Shown piece after piece: positions 6,054 to 11,722 of a stretch of DNA of 11,722 nucleotides. A program made the position numbers and the translations under genes. The stretch is from Candidatus Thorarchaeota archaeon (GTDB lineage: Archaea; Asgardarchaeota; Thorarchaeia; Thorarchaeales; Thorarchaeaceae). The notes under the pieces were generated by a model. It had not been told where the DNA came from and searched no databases. It saw only the letters and a list, made by a program, of their open reading frames with translations. Location: the NCBI GenBank assembly GCA_048884965.1, contig JBHLQH010000067.1, positions 1 through 11,722 on the forward strand, in the 5' to 3' direction. Within the stretch, counting starts at the first letter, position 1; each line of letters starts with the position of its first letter.

Positions 6054-6944
6054 TTAGAGACCCATTCTGTGTAGCTCTCTTTCTAGGAACCGCTTCGTTT
6101 CATTCAGATTATGCCATCGCTCTGCAAAGTTTGATGCATTTATCTTCTGTTCCCTGTAAGAACTCTCAAGATCCGCGATTTCCATCTCGGTTTCAGTCAA
6201 TCTGTCCCTATACATCTGAACCCGCATTGCAGCATTAGCTTCCTCTGATTCACTTGGTTTTTGAATTGAGATTATCTGACCATCCATGATTCTGTAGATC
6301 CTGTCAGTTTGCCTTGCGATCGCCGGGTCATGAGTCACCATAACAATGGTCTTTCCCATCTCCTTGTTGACCTGATGTAGGAATTGGACGATTTTCCCAC
6401 CAGTTTCTTGGTCGAGGTCTCCAGTAGGCTCATCACATATCAAAATTGGAGGGTCATTCGCAAGTGCAGCAGCAATAGCAACTCGCTGTTTCTCACCGCC
6501 ACTTAATTCATCAGGCTTGTGGTTCATCCGAAGTCCGAGACCTACTTTGGTTAGTAGCTCGGTAGCACGCTTCTTCCGCTGTGCGGCAGGCATCTTGATG
6601 GCCAACATCGAGAGTTCAACATTCTCGAATGCCGTAAGTGTTGGTATCAGGTTGAGGGTCTGAAAGATATGACCCACAGCCTTTTGGCGTAGAAAGCCAA
6701 GCTCAGCATTACTAAAGTTGGTGATCTCCTTTCCTGCTACAAAGGTCTGCCCTGCTGTTGCCTTGGTGAGCCCACCAATGATGTTCAATAAGGTAGTCTT
6801 GCCACTGCCACTAGGGCCGATGATTGCTACCATCTCTCCTTCTTCGATCTGAATTGAGAGACCTCGAAGTGCTTGTACTTCGACGTTCCCCATTTTGAAA
6901 ACTTTCACAAGATCCTTTGCTTCAATATAGCTTGTCACTTTCAA
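6054..6944 (-). CDS. ABC transporter ATP-binding protein, LolD/MacB/FtsE-like, with C-terminal helical extension
   Basis: Walker A GPSGSGKT, Q-loop 'GHIFQTLNL', signature 'LSGGEKQR', Walker B/D-loop 'ILICDEPTGDLD', H-switch 'MVTHD'. The start is possibly GTG 6938, 6 nt after a GGAGTGA that overlaps the permease stop codon. Confidence 0.93.
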   Translation of the reverse strand: MKVTSYIEAKDLVKVFKMGNVEVQALRGLSIQIEEGEMVAIIGPSGSGKTTLLNIIGGLTKATAGQTFVAGKEITNFSNAELGFLRQKAVGHIFQTLNLIPTLTAFENVELSMLAIKMPAAQRKKRATELLTKVGLGLRMNHKPDELSGGEKQRVAIAAALANDPPILICDEPTGDLDQETGGKIVQFLHQVNKEMGKTIVMVTHDPAIARQTDRIYRIMDGQIISIQKPSESEEANAAMRVQMYRDRLTETEMEIADLESSYREQKINASNFAERWHNLNETKRFLERELHRMGL

Positions 6945-9710
6945 TCACTCCCTAAGGACGTCTATCTTACTTTCATCAAATCGTGTAGTTAGAATAATCG
7001 GGATAAGTGCGGACAGAACGATGACGACCACGATGAGGCTCATGAGTGACACCACTATTGGAGTCAGTACTAATTGAGGCCTAACCAAGGCTTGGGTGTT
7101 CTGACTGGTATTCGCAATATCGCCAAAGAGCTGGATAACACCAGTTCCAGCACCTAGAATAAGTGAGAAGAGTATCATTACCATCACCTCGGCCACTAGG
7201 ACCTTCATGACTTGAGTCTTTGAGAAACCTCTTACTGCCAGTAAGGTTGTTTCATATTCCTTCTCACGCAATGTCAGGGTGACTATCAAGCCAGTACCTG
7301 CTATCGCCAAGACTACAGCAAAGGCGATCCCGAGCCATCGTGCTCTGGTACCACCCTGTTGAAATGTTGCCTCTTCCCTTTCTATTGCTCGAGTTGTGGC
7401 TGAATCAGTGCTTTGTACATATGAAGCGACTGATACTATCTCCTCCTCGACCAAGGTCCCGTTGGTTCCATCGTCCGTCTTCATTAGGATATGTGGTTCC
7501 GCATATCCTAAGAACCCGCTAGATTCAAGGAAGTCTGTAGGAATGTAGGAAGGGTAGGACCCTCCAAACGCGAATTGTCCAAGGAAATCGTCCAAGGGGC
7601 CTCGAAAGCCCGTAAATCCAATGATATCCATTAGGTACGAGGTTCCAGTTGGCATTCTTACAGTAACGGTATTCCCAACTCGGAGCTCAAGCTGCCGTGC
7701 GACAGTTATTGAGAGGATTATCTTTTGACCTGTGAAGTTTGAGAACATGCTCTCGAATGTGTCACCTGAAAACCAGCTCTCCTCATAGAAAGCGGATTCG
7801 AGCCATGACTCAGTATCAATTGATCGAGTCGGTAGCTGCCCACGAGTAGTACTCAAACTGATTTGATATTCGGTTGTGAGAGATGTGACGCCATCAATGG
7901 ACTCAAGAGATGGGATGATATCTGTCATGTTATCTCCAGCAGAAAATGCTGCACTAACATCCGAACCTACGTTGTATAAGTCGGTACGTGCTCTCAGGTC
8001 CTGTTCAGAGAAGAGGCTCCCCACACTAAATATTCCATAGGAAACAATTAGTGCGACCACGAATACCAAAGCAGCATTGCGAGAGGGATTTCTCTTGATA
8101 TTTCGTGTAGCTAAGTTTCCAAATGCACCAAAGAATCTCTTTCCTGAGCCAACCACAATCTCTTGAAACCGCTGAGAACCACGGAGTAGAATCTTAGTAG
8201 CTCCATAGAGGAATGCTATCGGACCTGCAAAATTCAAGAATGCATCTACTGGAGTCCACAGTGCCACGACGATCAAGAGAATGAAGTTGGTGCTTAATGC
8301 GCCACCAAGCAGCGTATTCATGTCAATGCCAAGAATCCAGACTATGAGTTTGTAGCTACCTAGAACAAGGGCGATAATTGGCAACAAGCGTTTGTACTCA
8401 CGTTGCTCCTCAACGTAGATGTACTGCTTCAGTGAGTCCAACGTATCTAGCCGCGCAGCTCGATCTGCAGGACCTCTTATTGACCAGTATGCGAGTACAA
8501 CTCCAAACGCTATCGTTACAATGACATTCAGCGGATTTGCTGCAAGGGTTATGAAGGGCGACTCAATAGGAACACCCACAATGAAATGAGCCAAGTAAGT
8601 GCCAAGAAAGAGACCGATAGTCCCTCCTATTATCCCAATAATGACTCCTTCGAGAGTTAACATCCTCTTTATTGCTTTGGGACCAAATCCTTTGGTCTGC
8701 AAGAGGCCAAACTCTCTTCTTCGCAAGTTGTAGCTAACATCGCTCAACATTGTGGAGGAGTACCATGACATGAATATAACAGGAGCAGCAAGGGAAACGA
8801 ATGATAGCACGAGTAGTGAGGCTGCGAGGGAAAGGAAAGTCAAAGTAGTACCAACGTAATTGCTAGTCTGCGTGTTGTAAATAGCTGTACGATCCTCAAT
8901 CTTTGCTAGTGCATTCTGGATGTTCGTTGACGAAGCCCCTAGGTCGTATGGATTGATCAGAAGATCTCGATTGAGATGAACCAAGAAGCCTTGAGTTGCC
9001 AGCAGCTGCGTCTCATTCTCCTGTGACTCATAGTAGCTCAAAATGGGCTCCATTGTGTTCTCCCAATTCACCAGCATTAGGTCATAATCTCTCCAGTCCC
9101 CGATCTCAATCTCAATAAAGCCGAGATTGATCGTACGCGGAGGATTGAGAAGGCGGGCCGTCCCTTCAGATATTTCAACGAATCCTGCAACCGTCAGGTT
9201 GACTTCGAAGGTCGATGGAAAGAATGAATCATTTGTCATGTATCGAATGGGAACAGTGACTAAATCACCAACGCTCAGAAGCGAAGCATTTACCGAACTC
9301 GCTACAACAAAGGTCTCATTTGCCCCAAGTGATTCAGTTGCATTCAGAAACGTGAGAGAGTTCCAAATGGTACTTGTATCCTGTAATCCATACAGGTCAA
9401 ATGATTGCCCAGGTGTATTGTTGATGTTGAAACTTATTTTGGCGTATCTCTCAATAGAAGAGACTTCAGGGAGTGATTCCGTTATGTTCTGGATTTCGTC
9501 ATATTGATCATTGGACCATGTTATATTGTTAGCTGCGATTCGAGCATCGTACTCGACTTCTTCAAGAGCTTGCCCCACGGAAGCTTGCGATGTCACATCA
9601 GCAGACATCAACATACTTGCAAAGAATGTTGTAGCTATTAGAACACCTAGGGTCAGGGCAAGGAAGAGTTTGTATCCTCGCAATACTCTCTTGAAGGCAT
9701 ATCTGAACAT
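6945..9710 (-). CDS. FtsX-like ABC permease (MacB/LolCE type) with two fused permease repeats and two large extracellular domains
   Basis: Two FtsX motifs 'RRREFGLLQTKGF' and 'KEYETTLLAVRGF'; N-terminal amphipathic helices 'MFRYAFKRVLR' and 'LATRNIKRNPSR'; about a dozen N-x-S/T sequons; directly abuts the ATPase gene. Confidence 0.9.
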   Translation of the reverse strand: MFRYAFKRVLRGYKLFLALTLGVLIATTFFASMLMSADVTSQASVGQALEEVEYDARIAANNITWSNDQYDEIQNITESLPEVSSIERYAKISFNINNTPGQSFDLYGLQDTSTIWNSLTFLNATESLGANETFVVASSVNASLLSVGDLVTVPIRYMTNDSFFPSTFEVNLTVAGFVEISEGTARLLNPPRTINLGFIEIEIGDWRDYDLMLVNWENTMEPILSYYESQENETQLLATQGFLVHLNRDLLINPYDLGASSTNIQNALAKIEDRTAIYNTQTSNYVGTTLTFLSLAASLLVLSFVSLAAPVIFMSWYSSTMLSDVSYNLRRREFGLLQTKGFGPKAIKRMLTLEGVIIGIIGGTIGLFLGTYLAHFIVGVPIESPFITLAANPLNVIVTIAFGVVLAYWSIRGPADRAARLDTLDSLKQYIYVEEQREYKRLLPIIALVLGSYKLIVWILGIDMNTLLGGALSTNFILLIVVALWTPVDAFLNFAGPIAFLYGATKILLRGSQRFQEIVVGSGKRFFGAFGNLATRNIKRNPSRNAALVFVVALIVSYGIFSVGSLFSEQDLRARTDLYNVGSDVSAAFSAGDNMTDIIPSLESIDGVTSLTTEYQISLSTTRGQLPTRSIDTESWLESAFYEESWFSGDTFESMFSNFTGQKIILSITVARQLELRVGNTVTVRMPTGTSYLMDIIGFTGFRGPLDDFLGQFAFGGSYPSYIPTDFLESSGFLGYAEPHILMKTDDGTNGTLVEEEIVSVASYVQSTDSATTRAIEREEATFQQGGTRARWLGIAFAVVLAIAGTGLIVTLTLREKEYETTLLAVRGFSKTQVMKVLVAEVMVMILFSLILGAGTGVIQLFGDIANTSQNTQALVRPQLVLTPIVVSLMSLIVVVIVLSALIPIILTTRFDESKIDVLRE

Positions 9711-9717
9711 TGAAATC

Positions 9718-9770
9718 GACTCCTGTGTACAGGGAGCTACGGAGAACGTTTGACACTTATAAATCGTTTG
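9718..9770 (-). promoter_or_regulatory. Promoter and ribosome-binding site of the ABC operon
   Basis: Minus strand reads aaacga-TTTATAA (TATA 9763-9757), then GGAGT about 8 nt before ATG 9710. Confidence 0.6.
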
Positions 9771-9917
9771 ATACTTGTAAAGCGTTAGTTCTGATTCGAT
9801 TTACATGCCAACACACGTGCTAACAGCAGGCGCACAACGCATCTCCACTACTAGCCTGAAACCATGGATTAGTGAATTTGTAACCTTATGAGGTTTCGGA
9901 CATACCCTTTCTATTCT

Positions 9918-10502
9918 TTAGATATTTTCAGCTTCAACAGGAGGAGTTTCAAGACGCGGATTACGTTTCTGATATTCCCGTGCCAATAGAACTGCGACCA
10001 GAAAAGTAACAAGACTACCAGTTAGCACAAAGGGCAATGTAACGTTTGGATCAATTCCAGTGCTCGGATAGACATGGAGGTCAAATTGTCGATTGTAACT
10101 CTGTGCGAGATTGAGTTCCATATCATAGGCTTCGACCCAGATCGAGTAGGTATGATTGATCTCCAAAGCTGAGAAGGTCTTGGAAAAGAATGTTCCATTG
10201 AAAGGCATTAAAGTTCGTGTCGTGCTAGATACATTTGCATCCACTCTAATTACAGCAGTGACATTAAGGATGCCAGAGTTTGTATCGGTTACATTGGCCC
10301 ATACAGTGAAGGAATCCACAGTATTCACAGAACCATCGATTCCCCATCCATAGATCTCAGGACGAGTAATATCCTGTGATAAAGAATGGATGAGATTAGA
10401 TTCATGTGCCTGCACCAAGGGATTGGTCGATAGTGGTGCAGCAAGGAATAATGACAAGAGGAATAGTAGAGGGATTGATTTGATGGTAGCCTTGAGATTC
10501 AT
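9918..10502 (-). CDS. Secreted/single-pass membrane protein with one Ig-like beta-sandwich domain
   Basis: Signal-like N-terminus 'MNLKATIKSIPLLFLLSLFLAA'; beta-sandwich pattern 'DITRPEI...FTVWANVTDTNSGILNVT...YSIWVEAYD...N'; C-terminal TM 'LPFVLTGSLVTFLVAVLLA' followed by a short charged tail; six N-x-S/T sequons. Confidence 0.72.
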   Translation of the reverse strand: MNLKATIKSIPLLFLLSLFLAAPLSTNPLVQAHESNLIHSLSQDITRPEIYGWGIDGSVNTVDSFTVWANVTDTNSGILNVTAVIRVDANVSSTTRTLMPFNGTFFSKTFSALEINHTYSIWVEAYDMELNLAQSYNRQFDLHVYPSTGIDPNVTLPFVLTGSLVTFLVAVLLAREYQKRNPRLETPPVEAENI

Positions 10503-10633
10503 AGCAATTACCCAGCCTTCATTTCAATACTTTTTCCATATTAGAAGCTCTGTACGCGCATGATTTGCCCATTGTTCTTTTTTGTGGTGCTAATATACGT
10601 CCATCCGGACAGGATAATGGGGGCACTCACTTT

Positions 10634-11692
10634 ATGGTGGGCAGTGTTCGATTAAAATACTATACGGATTGGGGACGACAGGAGACTATCAAGATCGGAT
10701 TAAAAGAGGAGTATCTGGATCTTTCAGCCCGTAGGATTACATCAATTGATTTGACGCCATTACAATACTGCTCAGAGATTCGTTTCCTGAACCTCTCAAA
10801 CAACTATCTCAAGCAAATCGATCTAAATCCACTGTGTACATTTCAGAACTTCTTTGAAATCAACCTCTCAGAGAATAGTCTTGAGATGTTGAATGTGACT
10901 CCCTTGCTATTCTGCAACAACCTCACTCGTCTAATCGGATGTGACAAGCTTGACTATATCATAGATCCAATTGGGCAATATGCACTTGGCAACTATGCGA
11001 TTCTTCAATCAGCATCGAAGCTAAATCTGTCTGAATCATATGATGAATTAGTGCAAACTCATAACTGGAGATCAATTCTCTTGCACACCAAAGAGCTTCT
11101 TCGCTTACTTCCACCCAGACATTGGTTTGCTGCTCAAAGGGGATTACTGACTGGTCTTGGTTTTCCAGATATTGCAGCCTATGATGGTAATCCTAACCAT
11201 CTACTTGAGAAGATTCCTCCAGAGATGGAATTTGAAAGAGCCAAGATTGAGATTCAGGATATTGCGATCAATCTTCTAAAGCAGCAAATCGAGTCTGGTG
11301 GCTCCACTCATTTTCTTGATATTGAAGACCTCGCATCTTCACCAGCTGCAATTCTTATAGATCCTATAATAGAGAATAGGAAAAAGGAGATGGAAGAGTT
11401 GAAAATCGAGAGGGTCAACGGCAAGGTGGATGGAAGAATCTTCTATTTCACGAATTATGGACGGCAAATCCTCAATAAGATGGGATATCGACCAACCGCT
11501 TCGAATGCGATCCGACTTGCTGACATTCTAGAGGTTATGAAGAAGACTGGATTCGAACCAAAGATTGTCGACATGGTTTCTGAGCCAAAGAAATATGCTT
11601 GGGAGCGCTTCTCTCAGGGATTAATCGATTTTCTTGAGCACTTTGCTAGAGGAAGCAGTTTCGTCATAGACATTGTAAGGGGAACTTGGTAG
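10634..11692 (+). CDS. Leucine-rich repeat protein with uncharacterised C-terminal domain
   Basis: Three 24-aa LRRs followed by ~250 aa of non-LRR sequence. ATG 10634 is preferred over TTG 10565. Confidence 0.82.
   Translation: MVGSVRLKYYTDWGRQETIKIGLKEEYLDLSARRITSIDLTPLQYCSEIRFLNLSNNYLKQIDLNPLCTFQNFFEINLSENSLEMLNVTPLLFCNNLTRLIGCDKLDYIIDPIGQYALGNYAILQSASKLNLSESYDELVQTHNWRSILLHTKELLRLLPPRHWFAAQRGLLTGLGFPDIAAYDGNPNHLLEKIPPEMEFERAKIEIQDIAINLLKQQIESGGSTHFLDIEDLASSPAAILIDPIIENRKKEMEELKIERVNGKVDGRIFYFTNYGRQILNKMGYRPTASNAIRLADILEVMKKTGFEPKIVDMVSEPKKYAWERFSQGLIDFLEHFARGSSFVIDIVRGTW
10715..10930 (+). repeat. Three 24-aa (72-nt) leucine-rich repeats (protein-level)
   Basis: LDLSARRITSIDLTPLQYCSEIRF / LNLSNNYLKQIDLNPLCTFQNFFE / INLSENSLEMLNVTPLLFCNNLTR. 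Confidence 0.8.
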
Positions 11693-11722
11693 TGGTTCAG
11701 ACATCAAATCCATTACGTCGTT

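Noticed and set aside
4902-10353. ORFs 4902-5249, 5382-5567, 5918-6238, 7340-7522, 9127-9507, 9511-9753 and 10156-10353
   Set aside because: Alternative-frame or antisense shadows of the kinase, ABC and Ig-like genes with no independent evidence.
1-11722. CRISPR array, tRNA, rRNA, IS element or diversity-generating retroelement
   Set aside because: No regularly spaced repeats, cloverleaf, transposase/integrase/reverse transcriptase motifs or long near-identical DNA repeats were seen by eye.

Overview
Gene-dense archaeal window, most likely Asgard archaea (Thorarchaeia-like). This is inferred from TATA-type promoters, GGTGA/GGAGTGA ribosome-binding sites, an archaeal-type HDI-x-N histidine kinase, an 'IDLTPL' LRR protein and a sequon-rich Ig-like membrane protein. 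There are 11 CDSs. The left 2.7 kb is a compact thiol/iron redox cluster: the 3' end of a thioredoxin reductase-like flavoprotein with an unusual tail, a ferritin-like four-helix protein, a monothiol WCGDA thioredoxin, an HxlR/DUF24 regulator with an extra Cys-rich tail, and a divergent FrdX-like Fe-S protein. Operator-like palindromes and a structured leader accompany this cluster. Downstream are an isoaspartyl peptidase/L-asparaginase, an orphan histidine kinase whose ~16-TM sensor is a tandem duplication (ungapped 259-aa offset), a MacB/LolCDE-type ABC pair whose ATPase has a helical C-terminal extension, a single-pass Ig-like protein and an LRR protein. No tRNA, rRNA, CRISPR array or mobile element was recognised. 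All family assignments are from motif recognition by eye; no searches were run.
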